Shown one piece after another: positions 1-12,905 of a stretch of DNA of 64,000 bases. Numbering within the stretch: the first letter of the stretch is position 1; every line of letters begins with the position of its first letter. The notes under the pieces are model-generated. The model worked only from the letters and a program-made list of their open reading frames with translations, did no database searches and had not been told where the DNA came from. Source of the DNA: Scyliorhinus canicula (lineage: Eukaryota); assembly GCF_902713615.1 (NCBI RefSeq), contig NC_052154.1, positions 66,240,621 to 66,304,620 on the forward strand. The letters are read 5' to 3'. The translations under genes and the position numbers were made by a program.

Positions 1-1479
1 GGGGAAGGGAAGAGAACTGGGGGGGAAGAGGGAGGGGGTGCAAAGGCGCGCAAAGAGAACACAAAGGGCAATGCCGGAGGAGGCTGGTCCGAGGGCAAGC
101 TGAGGCCCAAACCAACCATAAATAGACACCTGTAAATACGTGTTCTGGCCATATTGAGGATTGTACAATATGTGTGCCATTTAAAAGGGGGTCACGGCTA
201 CAGTTGTAGTGAAGACACTATTTGTAATAATAATCTTTATTGGTGTCATAAGTAGGCCTACATTAACACTTCAATGAAGTTACTGTGAAAATCCCCTGGT
301 GTTCGGGTGCACAGAGGGAGAATTCAGAATACCCAATTCACCTAACAAGCACGTTTTTCAGGAGGAAACCGCAGCACCCGGAGGAAACCCACGCAGACAC
401 GGGAAGAATGTGAAAATGTGCAGACTCCTCATAGACAGTGACCCAAGCAGGATTCAAACCCGGGCCCCTGGCACTGTGAAGCAACAATGCTGGGAAAAAT
501 ATGCGTTGGGTCTTTTATTTTTCCCTTTTTTTTGTTTGGAGCGGTTTTGTAATTTGTAATTTATGAATTGTTGAATATAAAATATGAAAATCCAATAAAA
601 ACATATTTTTTAAAAAGAGCAATTAGGGTTGGGGACTAATATTGGCTTTGCCAGCAACACCCACATCTCATGAAAGAATAAAATAAATGCGGGAGGTCCC
701 TGTGATGTGCCAGGAGCAGAAAAGCTCTGTTTAATAAAATAGCGGAAATGTAATGATTGCATAAAAGATATAAATGATCACAAAACCTCAGCGAAGAAGG
801 GAGGTCATTAAATTCCAAAGTACATTGAAAAGGCATTGATGTAGGTGAGTAAAGGTGACCTGAGAAACTTAAAATAACTTGTATGAGGCTGCCATCTGGT
901 GGCAGCTCTGATTAACTACTTTATATTTGGGCAAAGCCAACATTTGAAACTTTCATAAATTTATATGAATGATTAAAACGACTTGCATTTTGTAGAACCT
1001 TTCACTATCAGAGGACATCCCAAAGCACTTTTCAGCCAATAAAATCTTTTGGAAGTGCATTTGCTGGTGAATTGTATGAGGCGCAGCACTCAATTACACC
1101 CAGCATGGTCCCTTAAACAGCAATGTGATTGAGACCAGATCGCCTGCTTCTATGATGTTGATGGAAGGACAAATACTGACCAGGACAACAGGAATACCTC
1201 CCCTGCTCTTCTTCAAAATACTTCAATAGATCTTTTACGTCTAACTTAGAGAGTAGGCAGATCCTTGGTTTAAAATTTGAAGTTTGAAAATTTCTCTAAA
1301 AAATTTATCCAGAAGTGCAGCACTCCAGAAAACGTTAGCCTAAGCTGAAGTGGGTCTTGAACCAACAACCTTTGAGTTTAGGGAGACTTGGATGTCCCAC
1401 TCAACCACGGCTGACACATGAAGTGAAGGGGATTGAGGATTGTGACACTTCCCAATCGTTTCAGCTAATGTTGGCGTTG

Positions 1480-3700
1480 TTGCAAGTTTACCAGAGTGGT
1501 AATCCCGAGGCCCAAGCAAATGCTCCGAAGACATGGGTTAAAATCCCGTGGAGGCAGCCAGTGGATTTGGAATTCAATTTGATAATAAATCTAGAATTTT
1601 ATCTCGGTAATTCTCACCATGAAACATTCAGATTGTCATCAAAACAATAGTGGTTCACAAATTGCTCTTTGGGGGAAGGAAATCTGCTGTCCTTTCCCAG
1701 CTTGGCCTACATGTGACTCCAGACCCATAGCAACGTGGTTGACTTTTAATGAATTCAGTCTTCCCAAACCGCCACAGAAAAGCTGAAAAGGAATAAAAGC
1801 AGATGGACCACCTAGCATTGACCTCGGCACCGAAAATAACAACGGCACATCCTGCCCATCCACCCGGCAAAGTCCATTGGCAGGAAGGGCTGGAAAATCC
1901 AGGCATTTGTCTCCACAAAGGTTATGTGGTCATTCGTACCAATACTGTCATGCACAGATACACCTGTGACAGGTAGACTGGTGAGGATGAGGTCAAATAG
2001 GTTTTTACTCTTGTTAAATTCCTCACCACCTGTCTCAAGCCCAGACTGGCATATATATTGTTCTGGATTCGGCCAGCTTTATCAGTAGTAGTGCTTCCCA
2101 AGCCAACCATGGTGATGGACAGTGAAGATCCCTCATCCATTCTGTGCCCTTGCTACTTCCAAGTGGTGTTCAACATGGATGAGCACTGGGGGCTTGTACC
2201 AAAATTAGGAGAGCTGTCCCTCAGATTTGTCAAGCAACAGCCTGACATAGTCATATTCATGGAATCATACCTCACAGACAATGTCCCAGACACCACCACT
2301 ACCATCTCTGGGAATGTCCCAACCCAGGGCAGATTCACCAGAAGGGGCCTCACACTGGTGAAAAGCACAGTGGTATACCCCATAATGTCTCATGGCACCA
2401 GGTGAAATATAGACAAGGAAACCTCCACTTGCCACTTATTGATCTCCCTCAGCTTGTGAAACTGTGCTCATCCATGTTGAATACCACTTGGAAGGAGTAA
2501 GGGCACAGAATGGATCAGGGATCGGCAATGTCCATCATCACATAATCTTTGTGCTGTCTGGCACAACCAACGTGCTGAATGGAATAAATTCAGCTCCGGC
2601 AGCTCAAAACTGAGCGTCCTTGAGGATTTGTGGGCCATCAGCAGCAGGCGAATTGTAATCAACCACAATCTCTGGGCCTGATCTCTCAACCTACTGTTAC
2701 CATCTCACCAGGGACTCAACTTAGTTCAGTGAGGAGTGCAGGAGAGCATACTAGGTGCAGTACTAGGCATAACCAAAAATGAGATGCCAACCTAGTGAAG
2801 CTACAACACAGGACTACATCCACACTAAACAGTGGAAGTCGTATCTGATGGAGCTAAGTGATCCTACACTCAACAGGACAGATGTAAGCTCTGGAGTTCT
2901 GCCACATCCAGTCATGGACAACGAAACAACTAACTTGAGAAGGAGACTCCACAAATATCCCCATCCTCAATGATGGTGGAGACCAGCAACAGTGCAAAAG
3001 CCAAGGTTGAAGCGTTTGCATCATCTTTGACCAGAACCCCCAATTAAAAGTCCTTCTAGGCCTGCTCTTGAGGACCCGAAAGCAAAGGTAGTCTTCAGTA
3101 AATTTGATTCACTCCACCTCATATTAAGAAAAAGGTGAAGGCACTAGACACAGGAAAGTCCATGGACTCTGACCAGGACCTGGCAGTAGTACTGAAGACC
3201 GTGCTCCAGAACTAATTGCGCCCCTAGCCAAGCTGTCCCAGTAAAAATGTTTCCTTTATAAGTATTTATCCAGTTCCCTTAAGAACGTTACAATTCATTC
3301 TGCTTTCAATACTCTTTTAGGCAGCGTGTTCCAGATCACAACAACTGACTGAGTAAAGTGGTTTTCCCTCATCATTTGTCAGCCATCGTAATTCTGTATC
3401 CTCTGGTTATCAACCCTCTGTTGTCATGGTAACAGTTTCCCCCTAACTACGCAGCTGAAACTCTTCAAAAATGTTGAACCCGTCTACCCGTCACCTTGTC
3501 TGCTTTAAAGAGAATATTCCCCATTTCTCCACGTGCTCCATGTAAACGAAGCCCCTCACCCCACGGACAATACCAATAAATTTGCTCCCATCCCACATTC
3601 TTGCTAAAGTGTGGTGTCCAGAATTAGACTCAAAACTCCCAATGAGTCGAACCATTGACTTATAGACATTCAGCAAAACCTCTTTGTACTCAATTTCAAT
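1480..3700. mobile_element. Degraded CR1/L2-group LINE fragments
   Basis: Endonuclease-like KLGELSLRFVKQQPDIVIFMESYL on + (2058-2405) and a CR1 3' end on - (3240-3690, YKSMVR..). No intact ORF. Confidence 0.55.
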
Positions 3701-3747
3701 ATCCCTTCACCATCTTCCATTTCTTTCTCAACCAGCTCTGAGCCTTT

Positions 3748-4330
3748 GGGCTGGATTTTCCTGATGTTGTTGGTGTTGAGCCTTTTCCCGGATCCTAATC
3801 CCGTAGGAGGTCAGAGTGCACCACCTAGTGAGTTCCCCTGCAATATCCGTGCAACTGCATATGGTGGGCTCAATGAGGAGGCGGGAAATGGGGTGTCAGT
3901 CTCCATTTTAAGGGGTCCGTCAGCTTTCAAAGCGAATGCAGCCAATGAGTGGCAGCCCTGAGGGAACAAGCTTCCAGATCACGAACGTGGCAGGGGTGGA
4001 CTCAAGGCTCACCACAACCTCCCTGAACGTCAAGCTGGATGCAGCCTGAGCCTGGAGGAGCATTGTATTTACAGAGAGCAGCAGGAGGAGGCAAAGGCGA
4101 CAAACAAAGGAGGCTAGACTGGAGTCGTCAGAGAGGTCAGCTGCCACAATTCGTTCAACAGGACTTGGGTTCTGCGCAGGAAGCGCTTCAGTGACCTTCT
4201 GCGGTCAAGCTGTCAACCATGAGAGTTTTAAGAGGCTGCACACCTCTGAACAGGGAGGCCCCAAGGCAGGCAGCGTATAGTTTCCCGAAGAGATATGTGC
4301 CCAGTGCCAACCCTCACCCTAGGGATGGAA
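3748..4330 (+). mobile_element. PIF/Harbinger-like transposon remnant with Myb/SANT-like piece
   Basis: Starts GGGCTGGATTTTCC, the TIR type seen in local MITEs. 4118-4200 reads like a decayed Myb/SANT helix (..VREVS..RTWVLRRKRFSDL). Confidence 0.4.
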
Positions 4331-4487
4331 TTAAATCTATGTATGTTTGGGAGGATGGTAATGGAAGCCCTAGTCCATACCAATGACAGGCTCATCACTT
4401 CTGTTCTGTTTCTGGACCATGATCGTCAAATGGGAGAGTGAACTGTAGCTAAACTCTTCACCCTCACATTGCAGGAGAGAAGATTGC

Positions 4488-7400
4488 CCACCATCCCTGT
4501 CCTGGTATCCTGCCACCATCCCTGTACCGGTATCCTGCGGCCATCCCTGTACTGGTATCCTGCCACCATCCCTGTCCTGGTATCCTGCCACCATCCCTGT
4601 ACTGGTATCCCGCGACCATCCCTGTACTGGTATCCTGCCACCATCCCTGTACTGGTATCCTGCCACCATCCCTGTACTGGGATCCTGCGGCCATCCCTGT
4701 ACTGGTATCCTGCGGCCATCACTGTACTGGTATCCTGCCACCATCCCTGTACTGGTATCCTGCCACCATCCCTGTACTGGGATCCTGCGGCCATCCCTGT
4801 ACTGGTATCCTGCCACCATCCCTGTACTGGTATCCTGCCACCATCCCTGTACTGGGATCCTGCGGCCATCCCTGTACTGGTATCCTGCGACCATCCCTGT
4901 ACTGGTATCCTGCCACCATCCCTGTACTGGTATCCTGCCACCATCCCTGTACTGGTATCCTGCCACCATCCCTGTCCTGGTATCCTGAGACCATCCCTGT
5001 ACTGGTATCCTGCCACCATCCCTGTACTGGTATCCTGCGACCATCCCTGTACTGGTATCCTGCCACCATCCCTGTACTGGTATCCCGTGACCATCCCTGT
5101 ACTGGTATCCCGTGACCATCCCTGTACTGGTATCCTGCCACCATCCCTGTCCTGGTATCCTGAGACCATCCCTGTACTGGTATCCTGCCACCAACCCTGT
5201 ACTGGTATCCTGCCACCATCCCTGTACTGGTATCCTGCCACCATCCCTGTACTGGTATCCTGCCACCATCCCTGTACTGGTATCCTGCCCCCATCCCTAT
5301 ACTGGTATCCTGCCACCATCCATGTACTGGTATCCTGCCACCATCCCTGTACTGGTATCCTGCCCCCATCCCTATACTGGTATCCTGTCACCATCCCTGT
5401 ACTGGTATCCTGCCACCATCCCTGTACTGGTATCCTGCCACCATCCCTGTACTGGTATCCTGCGGCCATCCCTGTACTGGTATCCTGCGGCCATCCCTGT
5501 ACTGGTATCCTGCGGCCATCACTGTACTGGTATACTGCCACCATCCCTGTACTGGTATCCTGCGGCCATCCCTGTACTGGTATCCTGCCACCATCCCTGT
5601 ACTGGTATCCTGCCACCATCCCTGTACTGGTATCCTGCGGCCATCCCTGTACTGGGATCCTGCCACCATCCCTGTACTGGTATCCTGCGGCCATCCCTGT
5701 ACTGGTATCCTGCCACCATCCCTGTACTGGTATCCTGCGGCCATCCCTGTACTGGTATCCTGCGGCCATCCCTGTACTGGTATCCTGCCACCATCCCTGT
5801 ACTGGTATCCTGCGGCCATCCCTGTACTGGTATCCTGCCACCATCCCTGTACTGGTATCCTGCCACCATCCCTGTACTGGTATCCTGCGGCCATCCCTGT
5901 ACTGGTATCCTGCCACCATCCCTGTACTGGTATCCTGCGGCCATCCCTGTACTGGTATCCTGCCACCATCCCTGTACTGGTATCCTGAGAGTATCCCTGT
6001 ACTGGTATCCTGTGACCATCCCTGTACTGGTATCCTGCCACCATCCCTGTACTGGTATCCTGTGACCATCCCTGTACTGGTATCCTGCCACCATCCCTGT
6101 ACTGGTATCCTGCCACCATCCCTGTACTGGTATCCTGCGACCATCCCTGTACTGGTATCCCGCGACCATCCCTGTACTGGAATCCTGCCACCATCCCTGT
6201 ACTGGTATCCTGCCACCATCCCTGTACTGGTATCCTGCCACCATCCCTGTACTGGTATCCTGCCACCATCCCTGTACTGGTATCCTGCCACCATCCCTGT
6301 ACTGGTATCCTGCGGCCATCACTGTACTGGTATACTGCCACCATCCCTGTACTGGTATCCTGCGGCCATCCCTGTACTGGTATCCTGCCACCATCCCTGT
6401 ACTGGTATCCTGCCACCATCCCTGTACTGGTATCCTGCGGCCATCCCTGTACTGGTATCCTGCCACCATCCCTGTACTGGTATCCTGCGGCCATCCCTGT
6501 ACTGGTATCCTGCCACCATCCCTGTACTGGTATCCTGCGGCCATCCCTGTACTGGTATCCTGCCACCATCTCTGTACTGGTATCCTGCCACCATCCCTGT
6601 ACTGGTATCCTGCCACCATCCCTGTACTGGTATCCTGCCACCATCCCTGTACTGGTATCCTGCCACCATCCCTGTACTGGTATCCTGCCACCATCCCTGT
6701 ACTGGTATCCCGCGACCATCCCTGTACTGGTATCCTGAGAGTATCCCTGTACTGGTATCCTGTGACCATCCCTGTACTGGTATCCTGCCACCATCCCTGT
6801 ACTGGTATCCTGTGACCATCCCTGTACTGGTATCCTGCCACCATCCCTGTACTGGTATCCCGCGGCCATCCCTGTACTGGTATCCTGCCACCATCCCTGT
6901 ACTGGTATCCTGCCACCATCCCTGTACTGGTATCCTGCGAATATCCCTGTACTGGTATCCTGCCACCATCCCTGTACTGGTATCCTGCGACCATCCCTGT
7001 ACTGGTATCCTGCCACCATCCCTGTACTGGTATCCTGCCACCATCCCTGTACTGGTATCCCGCGACCATCCCTGTACTGGTATCCTGCGAATATCCCTGT
7101 ACTGGTATCCTGCCACCATCCCTGTACTGGTATCCTGCGGCCATCACTGTACTGGTATCCTGCCACCATCCCTGTACTGGTATCCTGCCACCATCCCTGT
7201 ACTGGTATCCTGCCACCATCCCTGTACTGGTATCCTGCCACCATCCCTGTACTGGTATCCTGCGGTCATCCCTGTACTGGTATCCTGCGCGTATCCCTGT
7301 ACTGGGATCCTGCCACCATCCCTGTACTGGTATCCTGCGGCCATCCCTGTACTGGTATCCTGCCACCATCCCTGTACTGGTATCCTGCCACCATCCCTGT

Positions 7401-7756
7401 ACTGGTATCCTGCCACCATCCCTGTACTGGTATCCTGCGACCATCCCTGTACTGGTATCCTGCCACCATCCCTGTACTGGTATCCCGCGACCATCCCTGT
7501 ACTGGTATCCTGCCACCATCCCTGTACTGGTATCCCGCGACCATCCCTGTACTGGTATCCTGCGAATATCCCTGTACTGGTATCCTGCCACCATCCCTGT
7601 ACTGGTATCCTGCGGCCATCACTGTACTGGTATCCTGCCACCATCCCTGTACTGGTATCCTGCCACCATCCCTGTACTGGTATCCTGCGACCATCCCTGT
7701 ACTGGTATCCTGCGGCCATCCCTGTACTGGTATCCTGCCACCATCACTGTCCTGGT
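4488..7756 (+). repeat. 25-bp satellite/minisatellite array, left part (~130 units)
   Basis: Tandem CCATCCCTGTACTGGTATCCTGCCA with recurrent variants. Ends mid-unit (..CTGGT) exactly at the Gypsy LTR. Confidence 0.98.
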
Positions 7757-10700
7757 TGTGGTGAATGTGATTCACACTATATATAGTTGCCAATATCACT
7801 CCATGTATATATGTTCGTTATCTACCCGTTGTAAGATCAATGCTGTATATAGTTGCCAATATAACTCCGTGTATATATGTTCACTATCCACCATTGTAAG
7901 TGCAGTTGCACTATCCGACCACCAGGGGGAGTCGCTCTGGGAGTACGCGAGAGTTTGTACTGGGCTCCTCCCTTGGCTCCGCCCAGGACTCCTCCCCCTG
8001 GGACCGATGTATAAACACCAGTGCCTTAGAGCCAGCCTGCCAGTTCATCTGAAGTTCAACGACGAATAGGCTGGCTCTGTTGTAAGTGTATTAAAGCCTC
8101 TGTTCAAATCCAACTACACATGTTCGCTGAATTGATGGTTCCATCAATTTAATACACTTAAGAAGCTGCCGAAGTAAAGCATGGAATCCGCTCTAAAACC
8201 AGAACGTCTAGAACTCGATCCGCAGGATGCAGAGGCGAAAGAAACCATCTGTCACTGGCTGAAATGTTTTAAGGCCTACCTGGCCCAGATCAGCACCGCT
8301 GAAACTACGGAGGAACAAAAGCTCAGCCTACTGCACGAAAGGGTAAGCCACAGAATTTCGACACAACTAAATCCAGCCGGTTCCTACACCACAGCGCTGG
8401 CGATTTTGGACAAAATGTATATTAGGCCCATGAACAAGGTCTTTGCCCGCCATGTGTTCACGACTCGCCAACAACGGTCTACCGAAACTTTAGCTGAATT
8501 TGCACGCGAGTTGAACAATCTCTCAAATGACTGCAATTACCAGGCTGTAACCGCGGCCGAACATAGGGAGCTTGCTGTGCGGGACGTTTTTGTAGCGGGC
8601 CTTCGATCTAACTATGTACGCCAGAGACTATTAGAAAATGGGGCCCAGGGCTTAGAGACTACCGTAGAGGCTGCTATCACAATGGAAGTTTCCTTCCGCA
8701 GCCTCAACTCGTTTCCCGCGGACCCCGCTAACCCCGCATGGGCCCCCGACCTGAGGATCCCTCAAGCCTGTGCCGCAAGGCCCCCCAGCTATCGCGCGGC
8801 CACAGCCGGTCGCCCTACTGTCCCAGTCAACTACTCAAGCTATCCAGCTGCTCCAGATAATTACTCAGCTCCCCCAGCCAGCTACTCAGCTTGCCAAACC
8901 AGTTATTCAACTGCTCCAGCCTGCCACTATTCAGCTCCCCAAACCAGTTATTCAACTGCTCCAGCCTGCCACTATTCAGCTCCCCAAACCAGTTATTCAA
9001 CTGCTCCAGCCTGCCACTTCTGTGGACAAAGCCAGCACCCGCGGCAGCACTGCTCAGCCCGATCCGCGACCTGCAGCAGCTGCGGTAAGAAAGGCCACTA
9101 TGCCAGAGTGTGCCACTTCTGTGGACAAAGCCAGCACCCGCGGCCTGCAGCAGCTGCGGGAAGAAATGCCACGATGCTAGAGTGTGCCCCGGCAGAAGGG
9201 TCCCAGGCCTCAACACCCCAACAGCCCAAAAACATCGCCCCCAGCACCAGCAGGCCCGCGGGGCCCGAAACGCTGCGGCCTATGCTCAGGCTCCGCACCC
9301 TCCTGCCACGTGCGATCCATGGGGGCCGCCATCTTGGCAAACCTCCACCATGCGGCCGGCCACGTGCGATTCATGGGGGCCGCCATCTTGGACGCCATCT
9401 TCATCACCACCCTCCACGTGCGATCCACGGGCCCAAGCTGCATCCCCAGTCTCAAACAGCTCATCGGAGGAGTACGACCTCCCCGGGCAGTCACCACATG
9501 GCCCGCAACTCAGCGCAGTGTTCCTGCATCAAGCTCGCCAGAACGCAGCGGCATCTACTCGACAGGACGCCCGATCGGAAGAATTCGACTTTTCCGGGCA
9601 CCCACCACGCGGCCCGCAACTCAACGCGGTCACCCTCGACCAATCTCGCCCCAAGCATCTGAGAAATTCGATGACGGAGGTCCAGATCAACGGGTACAAC
9701 ACGTTGTGCCTCTTCGACTCCGGGAGCACAGAGAACTTCATACACCCAGAGCTGGTAAGACGCTGTTCCCTCCCTATTTATCCCGTCAACCAAACTATCG
9801 CCCTCACTTCGGGCTCCCATTCCATCCAAATCCAAGGCCGCACTACAGCAACGCTAACGATTCGAGGCGCTAGCTATTCCAAATTTAAACTGTATGTCTT
9901 GCCCGACCTCTGCGCGCCACTCCTCTTAGGCTTGGATTTCCAATGTAATCTCAAGAGTCTCACCCTCAGCTTCGGCGGGCCCCTGCCCCCACTCACTATC
10001 TGCAGCCTCGCCACGCTGTGCATCGCCCCCCCCCCCCTCTTCGCCAACCTCACCCCGGATTGCAAACCGGTAGCCACCCACAGCAGGCGGTACAGCCTGC
10101 AGGATAGGGTATTTATCAGAACGGAGGTCCGAAGGCTGCTCAGTGAGGGGATCATAGAGGCCAGTAACAGTCCCTGGAGAGCTCAGGTGGTGGTCGTCAA
10201 GACCGGGGAAAAATTCCGCATGGTCATCGATTATAGCCAGACCATCGATCGCTTTACGCTCCTAGACGCGTATCCCCTCCCCAGAACTGCAGACATGGTA
10301 AACCAGATCGCCCAATATCGGGTATTTTCCACGGTTGATCTGAAGTCTGCATACCACCAGCTCCCAATCCGCCCGGAGGACCGCCACTACACGGCCTTCG
10401 AGGCCGATGGCCGCCTCTTCCATTTCCTCCGGGTTCCCTTCAGCGTCACTAACGGGGTTTCGGTGTTCCAACGAGCAATGGACTGAATGGTAGACCAGTA
10501 CGGGCTGCGGGCCACGTTTCCGTATCTGGATAATGTTACCATCTGCGGCCATGACCAGCAGGACCACGACGCCAACCTCCACCGTTTTCTCCAGACGGCC
10601 CAAAAATTAAACCTTACATATAACAAGGAGAAATGCGTGTTCCGCACAAACAGACTAGCCATCCTCGGCTACGTCGTGGAGAACGGAGTCCTGGGCCCAG

Positions 10701-12905
10701 ACCCGGACCGCATGCTCTTAGAACTCCCCCTCCCCCATGGCCCCAAGCCCTCAAACGGTGCTTGAGGCTCTTTGCGTACTACGCCCAGTGGGTCCCCCAA
10801 TATGCGGAAAAAGCCCGCCCACTCTTCAAGGCCACACTATTTCCCCTGTCTGCTGAGGCGCGCCAGGCCTCCAGCTGCATCAGGGATGACATCGCCAAAG
10901 CAGCCATGCGGGCGGTGGATGAAGCCACTCCCTTTCAGGTTGAGAGCGACGCCTCAGAGGTAGCGCTAGCAGCCACTTTAAACCAAGCAGGGCGGCCCGT
11001 TGCATTTTTCTCCCGTACCCTATCCGCTTCAGAACTCCGACACTCCTCAGTCGAGAAGGAAGCACAAGCCATCATGGAGGCTATCTGACACTGGAGGCAC
11101 TACCTCACAGGTAGGAGGTTCACCCTCATTACCAACCAACGGTCGGTCACCTTCATGTTTGACAACTCGCAAAGGGGCAAAATTAAAAATGACAAAAGTC
11201 TTCGGTGGAGGATTGAACTCTCCACCTACAATTACGATATCAAATATCGACCAGGGAAGCTCAACGAGCCCTCGGATACCCTATCCCGCGGGACATGCGC
11301 CAGCGCGCAAATCAGCCGTCTAAAAGCCATCCACGATGACCCCTGCCACCCAGGGGTCACCCGGCTCGTCCACTACATCAGAGCCCGAAACTTGCCTTTC
11401 TCCAACGAGGAGGTAAAAGCGGTCACCAGGGACTGCCCGATCTGTGCGGAGTGCAAACCGCACTTCTATAGACCAGACAGGGCCCACCTGGTCAAGGCTT
11501 CTAGGCCCTTTGAACGCCTTGCGATCGATTTCAAAGGGCCACTCCCCTCCACTAACAAAAACATTTACTTCCTTAACATTATTGACGAGTTCTCACGATT
11601 CCCCTTCGCCCTCCCATGCCCCGATATGACCTCCCACACAGTGATTAGGGCCCTGCATAGTGTCTTCACCCTGTTCGGTTTCCCCAGCTACGTGCACAGC
11701 GACCGGGGTGCGTCCTTTATGAGTGACGAGCTGCGTCAGTACCTGCTCGACAAGGGCATCGCCTCGAGCAGGACTACCAGCTACAACCCCAGGGGGAATG
11801 GACAGGTGGAGAGGGAGAAAGCGACGGTCTGGAAGACCGTCCTACTGACCCTCAGGTCCAGAAAGCTCCAAGTTTCCCAATGGCAGGAAGTCCTCCCTGA
11901 CGCACTCCATGCAATTAGATCCCTCCTGTGTACAGCTACCAACCAAACCCCCCACGAGCGGCTCTTCATTTTTTCCAGGGGCACTACCACAGGGGTCTCA
12001 CTTCCGGCGTGGCTGAGGACCCAGGCCTGGTTCTCCTAAGGAAGCACGTCAGGGCGCACAAAACCGACCCCCTTGTTGAAAAGGTGCGCCTGCTTCATTC
12101 CAACCCACAGTACGCATCTGTTGAGTTCCCGGACGGTCGCCAGGACACAGTATCCCTCCGGGACCTGGCACCCGCTGGATCCAGCCCCCCATCTACCCCC
12201 ACCGAGGAACTCCTTTCCCCCTTCCCTATGCGGCCGCCCCCTTGCGCCCCCGATTCTGCGAGCTCACCCCACCAGTCCCGAGCGCCAGCACCAGCCCGCC
12301 CCCCGTGCCCCCAGTCTCCATTCGACCAGGAGGTGTATGAGGCTTGGACAAGACTCGCCCCGGACCCAGCAACCGTACCCCAGACCTCGACGCCCGCCCA
12401 GCCACCGCAAGAGGCTGCAACCCCGGTGCTCCGCAGATCAAAACGGACAATTTGTCCACCGGACAGACTGACTCTTTGAGCCATCACCCCCGCCGGACTT
12501 GATTTTTTTAACAGGGGGTGAATGTGGTGAATGTGATTCACACTATATATAGTTGCCAATATCACTCCATGTGTGTTCGTTATCTACCCATTGTAAGATC
12601 AATGCTGTATATAGTTTCCAATATAACTCCGTGTATATATGTTCACTATCCACCATTGTAAGTGCAGTTGCACTATCCGACCACCAGGGGGAGTCGCTCT
12701 GGGAGTACGTGAGAGTTTGTACTGGGCTCCTCCCTTGGCTCTGCCCAGGACTCCTCCCCTGGGACCGATGTATAAAGATCAGTGCCTTTGAGCCAGCCTG
12801 CAGTTATTTGGATTTCAACGAAGAATAGGCTGGCTCTGTTGTAAGTGTATTAAAGCCTCTGTTCAGATCCAACTACACGTGTTCGCTAAATTGATGGTTC
12901 CATCA
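7757..12905 (+). mobile_element. Ty3/Gypsy LTR retrotransposon, family A copy 1 (full length, defective)
   Basis: TG..CA LTRs at 7757-8146 and 12523-12905. Gag from ATG 8181 with zinc knuckle (CSSCGKKGHYARVC), protease LFDSGS, RT (YPLP..DLKSAYHQ..YLDN), RNase H (VESDAS), integrase (HPG..CPIC, IDFKGP, SDRG). PPT ACAGGGGGTGAA. Internal stops and frameshifts. Confidence 0.97.

Noticed and set aside
4488-7756. CRISPR-like regular repeat
   Set aside because: Head-to-tail units with no unique spacers, no cas genes, vertebrate context.
4370-7799. Long Cys/Pro/Trp-rich or Gly/Gln-rich ORFs (up to 1105 aa) on both strands
   Set aside because: By-product of a stop-free 25-bp tandem repeat read in all frames; no splice or codon evidence for a gene.
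8181-12479. Domesticated or active gag-pol gene, or endogenous retrovirus
   Set aside because: Both copies carry stops and frameshifts, there is no env ORF, and the domains are Gypsy-type.
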